DNA of 64,000 nucleotides from Candidatus Heimdallarchaeota archaeon (GCA_021399345.1 JAAFKI010000010.1:19696-83695); one strand, 5' to 3'; positions 27,191 through 36,387 are shown, counted from the stretch's first letter. A program made the numbers and translations. Notes: generated by a model not told the origin, from the sequence alone.

Positions 27191-28870
27191 GTGTCTCGAA
27201 AATCCTATTTCGTTCCTACAATAATCATTGGGAAATTACTTCTGTTTTTCCTTATACTGTACTTCAATCTAGGGATGTATGGGTTCGATTCATATCTTCA
27301 TTTGCAATATGTTGATTCCATAATTAGTAATGGTCATATTTTGGAGCTTCCCATAGCACCATCTTATGCAGATTTTATTGGCTTTCATGTTTTTGCTTCA
27401 GCCATTTCTTCAATGACGGGATTAGAAGCTAATATAATCTATGAATTTGTGAGTACAATAATTCCAATACTTATTTTTGATTTGACCATAGTTGCATTTA
27501 TTCGTCACATGGATAAAAAGAAAAAAGGATACATATCCAACGATGTAAACTTAAAATATCTAGCACTGATTTTACTCTATCCTGCAATTATAGGAATTCA
27601 GATGCTCTTGGGACGACCCAATTCATTAGGAATAAGTTTATTCAGCCTGTGTTTATACTTATATCTATGCAAACCTGAAAGATTTAGAGCACAGATCTTA
27701 GCTGGTTTTCTTGCAATTGTTACACTCAAAGTTCATCATCTTTCTGCAATTTTCCTATTGCCTGTCATATTTTTTAGTAGTATATTTTTAGCTAAAAACT
27801 ACAGAGCTATACTTTCTCTAGTTTATGCCATTCCTGCTGTTTTAATAATACGAATTATACAAACTTCAAGAGAATTTTTTATAGTAAATCAATACTTAGA
27901 GGGGGCAAGCCCAGCTTATAAAAAAATGTATGATATTTTCATCAAAAATGAATATTTATTTCTAATTGCTTGGCTAGCAATAACTTTACTTGGATTTTTC
28001 ATAAGAATGAGATACGGTGAAAAAATATCTAATTTCTTTTCTTCTAGAAAACCAACCAAAATAATCTTAATTTCCTCAGTGTTTGCCATAGTAATTCTTG
28101 AGGTGTCTGGATTGTTTGTATATACTACTGCTCTTAATTCATGGTTTGTTACATTGGAACTCGGAATTATTGTGGTTTTGAGTGGGATTGCTCTGATATT
28201 CAACAATACTGCGCGAATAGCGTTATTTTCACTTGGTTTCTTTTTCTATGGTTTAACGGTAATTCTCTCTCTCATGTTTAAATCTGAGCATGAGCTTTCT
28301 TGGGTAGCCCCAAGAACTTTTATTTTCACAATTCTCTTTGTTAGCATATTAGCTTATATTACAATATCAGATATTCTTCCAAGACTTAAGGCTAAATGGA
28401 AAACACTTTTTGTTTCTGCCCTCATACTAAATTCTTATTTTAGCTTTGCTTACATGGGCAACCAATATCTACCGGGATATAATCTGACAAATTCTTATCA
28501 GGACATGACAATTGCTTATAGTATAGATTCAGCTGTTAATCTTTCAATAATCACACAATTAACAATAAGCATTCCATTTTCAATTTCAAAATTTATAGAT
28601 GGTTTCAATATTTACAATCGCAATACTCAAGTGTTTTTAAATTCGAGCAAGACGATTCAAGAGAACGGATATCTAATAGCAGGTTCAAACTATAGATACA
28701 TAGTATTAGGCACGGTTATGGATTTGTGGTTGGGGCTTCCTATGCGTTTGTCAACACAAGAATTGACTTATCTTTTGAATGTTTTACGACAAGGCTTTCC
28801 ATGGCCTAATAGACCAACCTTACATGTTGTTATAAGTAACAACCACAATTATCTCTTATATCCTTTGTAG
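27191..28870 (+). CDS. polytopic membrane protein, candidate GT-C-fold glycosyltransferase (ArnT/PMT-like)
   Basis: More than 12 predicted TM helices. The first external loop, GFDSYLHLQYVDSIISNGHILELP, resembles the D(E/S)xxY...G loop of GT-C enzymes. GTG start after AGGTG. No WWDxG motif. Confidence 0.45.
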   Translation: MSRKSYFVPTIIIGKLLLFFLILYFNLGMYGFDSYLHLQYVDSIISNGHILELPIAPSYADFIGFHVFASAISSMTGLEANIIYEFVSTIIPILIFDLTIVAFIRHMDKKKKGYISNDVNLKYLALILLYPAIIGIQMLLGRPNSLGISLFSLCLYLYLCKPERFRAQILAGFLAIVTLKVHHLSAIFLLPVIFFSSIFLAKNYRAILSLVYAIPAVLIIRIIQTSREFFIVNQYLEGASPAYKKMYDIFIKNEYLFLIAWLAITLLGFFIRMRYGEKISNFFSSRKPTKIILISSVFAIVILEVSGLFVYTTALNSWFVTLELGIIVVLSGIALIFNNTARIALFSLGFFFYGLTVILSLMFKSEHELSWVAPRTFIFTILFVSILAYITISDILPRLKAKWKTLFVSALILNSYFSFAYMGNQYLPGYNLTNSYQDMTIAYSIDSAVNLSIITQLTISIPFSISKFIDGFNIYNRNTQVFLNSSKTIQENGYLIAGSNYRYIVLGTVMDLWLGLPMRLSTQELTYLLNVLRQGFPWPNRPTLHVVISNNHNYLLYPL

Positions 28871-28879
28871 GTGAATAAA

Positions 28880-30013
28880 ATGGATCCTCTAAAAATTGTT
28901 CAAGTTACTCCTTTCTTCGGTTCAAGAAGTTATGGGGGCACTGAAAGATACGTGAGTAATCTTTCAACTGAACTTGCAAATAGAGGTCATCAAATTGATG
29001 TTTTTACAACTAAAAATAGTACCAAAGTCCCCTACCAGAGTTATTACAAGAACATGACTGTTCACCGATTCTATAGTCCATGGAATGTTTTTGGTATTAA
29101 TCCTGCATGTTTTATGTTTCATAAAATGCTCCAACTGAAGGATATTGACGTGTTTCATGTTCATTCCTATATATACTTCACAACTATTCAAGCTGCTTTA
29201 ACTAAATTACTTAAGAGAACTCCCCTACTTTTACACATTCATGGAGGCGTAGGAAGACCCCCATACAAAACAGGATTCTTAAAGGAATTTGCAAAACTAT
29301 TTTATGATTATACTTTAGGAAAATTTGTTCTATCTCAAGCAGATATAATTGCATCTGTTAGTTTACAAGATTCAAATTTGTTGGAAAAAACAATTCATTA
29401 CAATCTCAATAGGATTATTATCGTAAATAATGCAATTAATCCAGAAGATTTTCCCGAGATTTCACCTGTTTTGCAGAAGGAAATTGTGATTTCATATATT
29501 GGAGATTTGGAACCATGGAAAGGCATCCTCTATTATTCAAAGGTCATAAATAGGGTACTTAAACAGACAAAAAATATTTCTTTTTGGTTTGTGGGAAATG
29601 GGTCACTTTTCTCTGCTTTAAAAGATAAATTTGAAGAAGAAAAACGAGTAAAACTATTCGGAGCTATAGATCACAAAGAAATCCCCAAAATTTTAGAAAA
29701 GACACATATTTTAGTTCAACCTAGTTTCTGGGAAGGTTCTCCTACTACAATAATCGAAGCAATGGCAATGGGTATTCCTGTTGTTGCTTCCAATATTGGT
29801 GATATTCCTAGACTTTTGAACTCTGGTGAAGATGGCATATTGTTTGAAGCCGGGAATGAAAACCAGTTAGAGGAAATAATCCTAAATGTTGCAAAAAACT
29901 ATGATGAGCTAGTTGATACTGCAAGAAAAGCAAGGAGCAAAATCAGAAAAGACTTTGCTTTTAAGAATGTTACAAATCAAATTGAGGATTTGTATTATAA
30001 ATTAGTTTCGTGA
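28880..30013 (+). CDS. GT4-family glycosyltransferase
   Basis: QPSFWEGSPTTIIEAMAMGIPVVASNIG E-x7-E region. ATG at 28880 lies 7 nt after AGGTGA; the track start is GTG at 28871. Confidence 0.85.
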   Translation: MDPLKIVQVTPFFGSRSYGGTERYVSNLSTELANRGHQIDVFTTKNSTKVPYQSYYKNMTVHRFYSPWNVFGINPACFMFHKMLQLKDIDVFHVHSYIYFTTIQAALTKLLKRTPLLLHIHGGVGRPPYKTGFLKEFAKLFYDYTLGKFVLSQADIIASVSLQDSNLLEKTIHYNLNRIIIVNNAINPEDFPEISPVLQKEIVISYIGDLEPWKGILYYSKVINRVLKQTKNISFWFVGNGSLFSALKDKFEEEKRVKLFGAIDHKEIPKILEKTHILVQPSFWEGSPTTIIEAMAMGIPVVASNIGDIPRLLNSGEDGILFEAGNENQLEEIILNVAKNYDELVDTARKARSKIRKDFAFKNVTNQIEDLYYKLVS

Positions 30014-30323
30014 TTAGACCGCTTGGTTTCACAATCCATTAAGTTTTTAAAGGAGTATCAAGGTACTGAATCGGTGGTTAAGTGGTCGTACAGAGGGATG
30101 AAGAAATGCTCTCCTGTGAAAGGACTTCGTTTTATTGATAATAGTTCGTTTAGAGTAGAGTTTATTCCACAAACCATAAAAATTAAACTGTTTCTTCAAT
30201 TATTAAGATTAAAGTTAACAGTATTTGCTAAATCTTCAAACAGCTTTAGTAGCTTGTTTGGTTTCCAAGTTCTACCAAATATGAATTTAAGCAAAAAAAT
30301 CAATTCGAAAGGAGTGATTAATA

Positions 30324-32375
30324 ATGTCTAAGGAAAAATGGGTTATCACTGCAGCATGGCCCTATGTTAATACAGTACCACATCTAGGAACAATGCTTCA
30401 ATTACTTAGTGGAGATGTTATTACTCGATACCACAAATTGAAAAAGCATGATGTTGTTTATGTTAGCGGATCTGACGCACATGGGACCCCAATTGCTATC
30501 GCTGCAGAAAGTGAAGGATTAAGGCCAGGTGATCTTGCCTTAAAGTACCATAATGCAATATTGGACCTGCTTGAAAAATGGAATATTAATTTTGATAGAT
30601 ATACAATTACTAGCAATGAAACCCATGTTTCATTTGTGCAGGGATTCCATAAAAAAATTCATGAAAATGGTTTTTTCAATCTAAAAGAATCTGAACAACA
30701 CTTCTGTGAAAAATGCAATAGATTCTTGCCTGATCGATTTGTTGAGGGAACGTGTCCTAAATGTGGTGTTAAAGGAGCAAGAGGAGATCAATGTACAAAT
30801 CATGAATGTGGGATTGTACTAAAACCAATAGATTTGATAGATCCATATTGTTCAACTTGTGGTTCTACACCAGTTCTCAAGAAAACCAAACATTGGTATT
30901 TTGATTTACCAAAATTTTCCTCTGAACTGAAAGAGTTTGCAGAGAAAAACTCACACATACCTCCGTTTGCTAAGCAAAAAGTTCTTAGTATGATTGATGA
31001 AGGTCTGAAGGAACGGCCCATATCAAGAGATATGTCTTGGGGAATATCAGTTGGACCAATTTTCGGTGAAGAATTTGCAAAAAAGGTTCTTTATGTTTGG
31101 TTTGAGAATGTTCTAGGATATATCAGTACAGTGAAACTTCTCGCTGAAGAAGAGGGTAATCCCAAAAGATTTGAAGAATTATGGTTTGATAAGGATACTA
31201 AAACAGTATTTTGTATTGGTAAGGATAATATCATCTTTCATGCATTACTTTTTCCTGCTATGTTGTTAGCTACCAAAGATTCTTATCCACTACCACATGC
31301 TATAGCAACTACAAACTTTCTCATGTTTAAAGAAGGACCTTTTTCAAAATCAAAAGGAATAGGTATTTGGGGAGATGAAGCTATAGCTATCCTTTCAGCT
31401 GATTATTGGAGGTATTATCTGATAGCTAATAGACCTGAACTTAAAGACTTCTATTTTGATTGGGATGAATTTGTGGGTTCAATAAATGTCGATTTGAACG
31501 ATGTAATAGGGAATTTTGTGCACAGAACCCTAACTTTTATAGCTCAACATTTTGACGCAAAGGTACCTCCAAGAGTAAACATAGATAAAACTGAGAAAAA
31601 ACTCTTAGAACAAGTAGAAAATAACATTCTAGGTTACATAGAAGCAATGGATAATTTTAAGCTAAAAGATGCCGCAAATATTACAAGAAACATAGCTAGA
31701 TTAGGCAATCAATATTTCTCCTCAACCGAACCCTGGCATTTGATAAAAACTGATAAAGAAAAAGCTGGTACTGTGTTGAATATTTCAGTCAAGATAGTAG
31801 AGATACTTTCTGTACTTCTTTGGCCAATAACACCAGGTACTGCTGAGATTATATATTCAGCAATTGGTTTTAATGAAAATATCACAGATAAAGGAATAGA
31901 CTGTCTTACTATAGATGATATAAACACTGGAAAGAAAACCCAAAAGATTCCTCCCGTGTTTGCTAAGGTAAAGGTAACGGATGTACAAAAACGATTAGTT
32001 AATTTTAGAAAACCAAATCCAACAGAAACTCAATTAGGTGATAATAAAATGGGAAAAATTAGTTTTGATGAATTCAAGAATGTACAACTAAAGGTTGCTA
32101 CGATCTTAGAAGCAGAACATGTTGAAAAAAGCAAGAATTTAATCAAACTTCAAATTGATTTAGGCTCAGAAAAAAGACAGATATTAGCAGGCATTAAGAA
32201 ATTCTATGAACCAGAAGATCTTATTGGGAGACAGATTATTGTAGTAGTAAATTTGCAACCCGCTACCCTCATGCGTGAAAAGTCCAATGGCATGCTTTTA
32301 GCTGCTGATATTGATGGAGAACCAATTTTGTTAAATGTAGATAGAGAGGTACCGCCAGGTACAAGTATAACATGA
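30324..32375 (+). CDS. metG: methionyl-tRNA synthetase with C-terminal Trbp111/EMAP-like tRNA-binding domain
   Basis: PHLGT (HIGH variant), four Cys knuckles (CEKC, CPKC, CTNHEC, CSTC), FSKSKG (KMSKS) and a C-terminal OB-fold region. GGAGTGAT Shine-Dalgarno. Confidence 0.95.
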   Translation: MSKEKWVITAAWPYVNTVPHLGTMLQLLSGDVITRYHKLKKHDVVYVSGSDAHGTPIAIAAESEGLRPGDLALKYHNAILDLLEKWNINFDRYTITSNETHVSFVQGFHKKIHENGFFNLKESEQHFCEKCNRFLPDRFVEGTCPKCGVKGARGDQCTNHECGIVLKPIDLIDPYCSTCGSTPVLKKTKHWYFDLPKFSSELKEFAEKNSHIPPFAKQKVLSMIDEGLKERPISRDMSWGISVGPIFGEEFAKKVLYVWFENVLGYISTVKLLAEEEGNPKRFEELWFDKDTKTVFCIGKDNIIFHALLFPAMLLATKDSYPLPHAIATTNFLMFKEGPFSKSKGIGIWGDEAIAILSADYWRYYLIANRPELKDFYFDWDEFVGSINVDLNDVIGNFVHRTLTFIAQHFDAKVPPRVNIDKTEKKLLEQVENNILGYIEAMDNFKLKDAANITRNIARLGNQYFSSTEPWHLIKTDKEKAGTVLNISVKIVEILSVLLWPITPGTAEIIYSAIGFNENITDKGIDCLTIDDINTGKKTQKIPPVFAKVKVTDVQKRLVNFRKPNPTETQLGDNKMGKISFDEFKNVQLKVATILEAEHVEKSKNLIKLQIDLGSEKRQILAGIKKFYEPEDLIGRQIIVVVNLQPATLMREKSNGMLLAADIDGEPILLNVDREVPPGTSIT

Positions 32376-32444
32376 TCTATCTCTAATAAAGACAAGACAA
32401 CATTAAGTAATATCCCCAAATAGCTCACAAAACTGTGTAGAAGT

Positions 32445-32476
32445 GCTTTTAGCGCCTTTTTTTCCTTTATTTTTTT
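32445..32476 (+). terminator. oligo-T terminator candidate after metG
   Basis: GCGCCTTTTTTTCCTTTATTTTTTT, with T7 at 32457-32463 and T7 at 32470-32476. Confidence 0.4.
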
Positions 32477-32584
32477 AGAAACATATATACGAGAAGACTA
32501 TGCGAAAATAGAGAAGTATATTCCCCTAATATTACATCTCCTTTAAATAGAAATTGAGGAGGAAAACTAGAGGTGCAAAAAGGA

Positions 32585-32740
32585 ATGAAACTGGTTACAG
32601 TACATCTACCCGATGAGTTTCTTCATGATTTGGATGAGCTTGTCAGACTTAAGAGATATCCTAATAGAAGTGAATGTATTAGAGTAGCAATTCGTGATTT
32701 GTTAAAGGAAGAAATGTGGAATAAAACCAATGCCTTTTAA
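32585..32740 (+). CDS. small ribbon-helix-helix (CopG/CdrS-like) protein, 51 aa, absent from the ORF track
   Basis: My translation is MKLVTVHLPDEFLHDLDELVRLKRYPNRSECIRVAIRDLLKEEMWNKTNAF. It is a paralogue of the RHH at 18339-18548. A GAGGAGG motif lies about 22 nt upstream. Confidence 0.65.
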   Translation: MKLVTVHLPDEFLHDLDELVRLKRYPNRSECIRVAIRDLLKEEMWNKTNAF

Positions 32741-32772
32741 TCCACTCTATATCCTTCTTTCTTCTTAATTAA

Positions 32773-33411
32773 TCATAAATGTATTTGAAAAGCTCTGATG
32801 ATTTTTTCATACAAAGATAAGTGAGTCCCAGCTGATTTTGTTTTCCTCTTTCTTATAAGTTCAATTAACTCATCAAGCGTTGTAATTTCTTGCTCTAGAA
32901 TTGTATATGCCATTCCAATATCTTTTACTCTATGAGAATCACTACCACCAGTAACGGGTAATTTAGCCTTTTCTGCCCATTTCTGTGCTTTTACATTAAA
33001 ACTATTAAAAGGAGATGCACCATTCATGGTTTCAACAACAATCTCTTTCAAGCCATAAATTTTCTTTCCTATACCTTTTCTAGTAAAATCAAATGGATGA
33101 GAAGCTATAGGGAGGCCATTCTGGTCATTTATTTTTTCTATAGTTTCCTCAATAGTCAAATACTTTTGAATTGTTTCTTTAATCCCCAATCCTATTATAT
33201 GGCCACTTTTAGTGGATATTTCTACACCAGGAATGATTATTAATTGATCATCATTATGTCCATTCTGGTGAAATTTGATAGAATTATGATCAGTTATCGC
33301 AAGTCCTGCTAGTCCTCTATTCTTTGCTTCTTTGATAATATCCTCTGGCTTGCTTTTACAATCATTTGAATAGTAACTATGAACGTGGAGATCAAAACGA
33401 ATTTCTTTCAT
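32773..33411 (-). CDS. PHP-domain metal-dependent phosphoesterase
   Basis: DLHVHSYYS, ITDHN and GSDSH motifs. Confidence 0.8.
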   Translation of the reverse strand: MKEIRFDLHVHSYYSNDCKSKPEDIIKEAKNRGLAGLAITDHNSIKFHQNGHNDDQLIIIPGVEISTKSGHIIGLGIKETIQKYLTIEETIEKINDQNGLPIASHPFDFTRKGIGKKIYGLKEIVVETMNGASPFNSFNVKAQKWAEKAKLPVTGGSDSHRVKDIGMAYTILEQEITTLDELIELIRKRKTKSAGTHLSLYEKIIRAFQIHL

Positions 33412-33437
33412 TATAATCTGCCCCTTTCTAATTTCAA

Positions 33438-34085
33438 TTAATTCTCTTCTTGTTCATCATCAAAGATTAAGCGTTCAAGTTCATCCAAATCATGAATATC
33501 TACCATATCCTCTTCATTTTCAAGTCCTACCCACAATTTATCTTTGTCTCCTTTTAGATCTCTCATTCTCTCTTCAAGGAACTTGTAAACAGTACTATGT
33601 TTTGAACCATTAATGAGTTTAATAATACCTTCTCTGACAACTTGCAATACTCTCTGCTCAGAAATTATTCCAACTGTGTTTCCAAAAACAGAAATATATG
33701 AACCCGATGTTTGCTCGATTATGTTTCTAGTTTTTCCTTTTTGTCCAATAAGTCTTGATCTTACTTCTCTTAGAGCATTAGTTGAAGGCCCTACAAAATC
33801 TCTTAATTGTAATAGATCAAAACCATAAGAGGAATTGTTAATCTGGTAAGCTTTCTGAGGACTAAACCCTCGTCCAATAGCTTTTACCATGTCTCTAGCT
33901 TTCCACAAACTTATAGGGTCCTCTAATTCTTCCTCCTCTACTAAAATGATTACATCTCCGCTGTTACTGTCAATCATCAATTTTGTATCTGTAAGATCTT
34001 CTATCTTCTTTTTTGTGCTCCCTTTTGGTCCAATTAGTACAGCAATTCTTTCCACCGGGATTCTTACTAGAAATTCACTTGCCAT
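33438..34085 (-). CDS. two-KH-domain RNA-binding protein (Dim2/Pno1-like)
   Basis: Two GxxG KH loops (IGPKGSTKK, IGQKGKTRN) and an acidic tail. It sits in the conserved archaeal position next to rio1 and aIF1A. Confidence 0.8.
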   Translation of the reverse strand: MASEFLVRIPVERIAVLIGPKGSTKKKIEDLTDTKLMIDSNSGDVIILVEEEELEDPISLWKARDMVKAIGRGFSPQKAYQINNSSYGFDLLQLRDFVGPSTNALREVRSRLIGQKGKTRNIIEQTSGSYISVFGNTVGIISEQRVLQVVREGIIKLINGSKHSTVYKFLEERMRDLKGDKDKLWVGLENEEDMVDIHDLDELERLIFDDEQEEN

Positions 34086-34096
34086 AATTTTTTCCT

Positions 34097-34897
34097 CTAG
34101 AATTCAATTGATTTTACCTTGGGACTTGGAAGAGTCCCAGTTATCTGTTCATAAATCTCGTCATTTGTGTCAGTTTCCACTCCTTGAGAAACAAAATATC
34201 TGTTAATATTTGAAATATCTCTGTACAAGAAAGCAGGCGCATAAGGATGATCCAGAAGAACTGCTTGTGAAACATCAATAAAAACGGGATTTTTCTTATA
34301 GAAAAGAATATTATACTCACTTAAGTCAGCATGTATTAATCTCCCATCTTGATACATTCTGAACATCATATCTATTACATCAGAGTAGGTTTTATTTGCT
34401 TTCTTTAATTTTACATCTTTTAATAGAGGAGCAGCTTCTTGATTCTTTCCAATAAATTCCATTACTAATACATTCTTTGTAACAATTATGGGAGATGGAG
34501 CACGAATGTTAACTTTCTCCATTCTTTTCAGATTTTTTAACTCCTTTCTAGCCCAAGTGTAAATAAAGGAATATGTACCCTTTTTATAACCTTTAAAACG
34601 TGGATCTCCCTCTACATACATCCAATTTTTCTTAAATTCAGCTGTTGTTGTACGATAGATTTTGATAGCTAATTCTTCGTTCTTATACCCATATCCATGA
34701 TAAACATTAGCTTCCTTCCCCGTTGAAACACAGAATCCTATGTCTTTAATAACACCATTATTCATTAATTTAACAATTAACATACTTGTTTGAAAATCAA
34801 AAACGCTCTCAATTACTTTAAGCGTATCCCTATCTTTCTCTCGGATACGTTCTTTGTCAATTCTTTCATCAAATTTGTCCATATTTTTATTTGACAT
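34097..34897 (-). CDS. rio1: RIO1-type serine/threonine protein kinase
   Basis: STGKEANVY, IHADLSEYNIL and IDVSQAV motifs. No N-terminal wHTH, hence Rio1 rather than Rio2. Confidence 0.9.
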   Translation of the reverse strand: MSNKNMDKFDERIDKERIREKDRDTLKVIESVFDFQTSMLIVKLMNNGVIKDIGFCVSTGKEANVYHGYGYKNEELAIKIYRTTTAEFKKNWMYVEGDPRFKGYKKGTYSFIYTWARKELKNLKRMEKVNIRAPSPIIVTKNVLVMEFIGKNQEAAPLLKDVKLKKANKTYSDVIDMMFRMYQDGRLIHADLSEYNILFYKKNPVFIDVSQAVLLDHPYAPAFLYRDISNINRYFVSQGVETDTNDEIYEQITGTLPSPKVKSIEF

Positions 34898-35087
34898 ATA
34901 CTTATCACTTCTTCTTAATTTGAGAGCGAGTGTTTATCGACGCAGAGAAATATTCCCTAGGAGGCGATGAAAGATAATGTTGCTTTCACTAATGAATTCA
35001 ATAGAAGCTAAATAAAATTATTGTTAAGCTTAAAAACCAATTAAAAAACATAAAAACAAAAATATTTGTCTTTTGAAATTCTTTTTG

Positions 35088-35456
35088 TTATATAACAAAG
35101 TCTTCAGGAATATGCTTATTATTAATCAACCATCTTACTTCATTTTTTCTGAAACGATGAACTAATTCACCCTTTTCATCAGGATTCATCCCATAAAATG
35201 GAAAGATTATAACTATATCACCAACTCTGCACCACATTCTTTTTCTGTATTTACCAGGTATGCGAATTTGTCTTGTAAAACCATCTAAGCATTTAACTAG
35301 AAGGATACTAGCTCCTAGTATTTGAAGAACTATCCCGAATATTTCCCCTTCTTTAGGAAGTTGTGCTCGGATGGCATCAGAATCTTCAGTAACCCAATCT
35401 CTTGCGCCTCTACCTTTTGGTTTCTTCTTAGGTTTAGTCGGTTTTCTATAACTCAA
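35088..35456 (-). CDS. eif1a: translation initiation factor aIF1A
   Basis: S1/OB core GEIFGIVLQILGASILLVKCLDGFTRQIRIPGKYRKRMWCRVGDIV. TTG start with GAGGT 6 nt upstream. Lys/Arg-rich N-terminal tail. Confidence 0.9.
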   Translation of the reverse strand: MSYRKPTKPKKKPKGRGARDWVTEDSDAIRAQLPKEGEIFGIVLQILGASILLVKCLDGFTRQIRIPGKYRKRMWCRVGDIVIIFPFYGMNPDEKGELVHRFRKNEVRWLINNKHIPEDFVI

Positions 35457-35589
35457 ATCTTTACCTCAACCAGAGAAAGTGCAATAGCTTAAAATAGTTT
35501 TTGTTTAATTAAGAATTTCTTAGGTTTGAAAGACTTCCAGAACGAAACAAACAAAAAGGATAGTATAAAGATGGTGGTGAGGTACAAAG

Positions 35590-36000
35590 ATGAGCTATAA
35601 AGAATTATTAGAACGAGCGCGTGGACAATTACCTGAAAAAGTGTTTGAACAATCACGATTTGAGATTCCTAAAATATCTTCTGTTGTTGAAGGAAACAAA
35701 ACTTTCATTGTTAACATTAGAGATGTACTTACTGGAATTGATAGAGAGGCTAACCACTTTCTCAAATACATGGCAGGAGAGCTCGCAACTTCTGTTACAA
35801 TGGAAGGATCTAGAGCTGTATTTGCTGGAAAACATGCCAAAGTAACACTGCAAACCTTACTTGAAAGATATGTAAAGGAATATGTTATCTGTGGAGAATG
35901 TGGAAAACCAGATACAAAACTAATCACAGAATCACGCATTTTAAGGAAAAGATGTGATGCTTGCGGAGCATCAACTGCAGTTAAGCCCCTTAGAAAATAA
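35590..36000 (+). CDS. eif2b: translation initiation factor aIF2 beta subunit
   Basis: eIF2-beta/eIF5 fold with C-terminal CGECGKPDT...CDACGA zinc ribbon. GGTGAGG Shine-Dalgarno. Confidence 0.9.
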   Translation: MSYKELLERARGQLPEKVFEQSRFEIPKISSVVEGNKTFIVNIRDVLTGIDREANHFLKYMAGELATSVTMEGSRAVFAGKHAKVTLQTLLERYVKEYVICGECGKPDTKLITESRILRKRCDACGASTAVKPLRK

Positions 36001-36023
36001 ACATCCTCAAGCTGGTTAATACG

Positions 36024-36341
36024 ATGACAATCTTCTTCATGAAAGTAATTGAGCAGAACAACGAAAGATTGATCGCTGCTTGTGATAAAGAAGTTATGGA
36101 AATGGAGTTAGATAGTCACGGAGTTAAGCTGAAAGTCAGTTCTAATTTTTACGGAAAAGAGCTAGTAACAGAGAAAGAATTTTTAGATTCCATCAAAAAT
36201 TGTACCTCTGCCAATGTAATTGGAATCAAAATCATTAAATTGCTTGTCGAGAACAGAATGATTCATGAAGATGCGGTTCTTTGGTTAAAACATCCAGAAA
36301 AAGCAAAAGAGAAAATAGGGCATGCCATCCTAATAACATAA
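36024..36341 (+). CDS. DUF424-family protein
   Basis: About 100-aa protein starting MKVIEQNNERLIAACDKEVMEMEL, directly after aIF2-beta. This size, N-terminal pattern and position match archaeal DUF424 as I recall it. Confidence 0.55.
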   Translation: MTIFFMKVIEQNNERLIAACDKEVMEMELDSHGVKLKVSSNFYGKELVTEKEFLDSIKNCTSANVIGIKIIKLLVENRMIHEDAVLWLKHPEKAKEKIGHAILIT

Positions 36342-36387
36342 GTAAAAAAACTCTTATTTTGTATAGAGGGAAGAAAAATATAGAAAG

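Noticed and set aside
27191-28870. The 559-aa polytopic protein as the oligosaccharyltransferase AglB/STT3
   Set aside because: The first-loop motif is reminiscent of AglB/STT3, but there is no WWDxG motif and the C-terminal soluble domain is too small. It is called only a generic GT-C candidate.
28871-28883. Identical 13-mer GTGAATAAAATGG at two gene starts (also as the complement of 47282-47294)
   Set aside because: It is short and AT-rich, and it includes a Shine-Dalgarno remnant plus ATG. It most likely reflects similar initiation contexts (both products start MNKM/M...), not a repeat element.
30023-30331. 102-aa TTG-started ORF upstream of metG
   Set aside because: No ATG, no Shine-Dalgarno motif, and a low-complexity Leu/Ser/Lys-rich product overlapping the metG start. 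It is kept only as an unexplained intergenic region in the findings.
35595-35939. 114-aa minus-strand ORF, plus ORFs at 35621-35845 and 35653-35853
   Set aside because: All overlap the aIF2-beta gene, whose zinc ribbon and Shine-Dalgarno motif identify the real frame.
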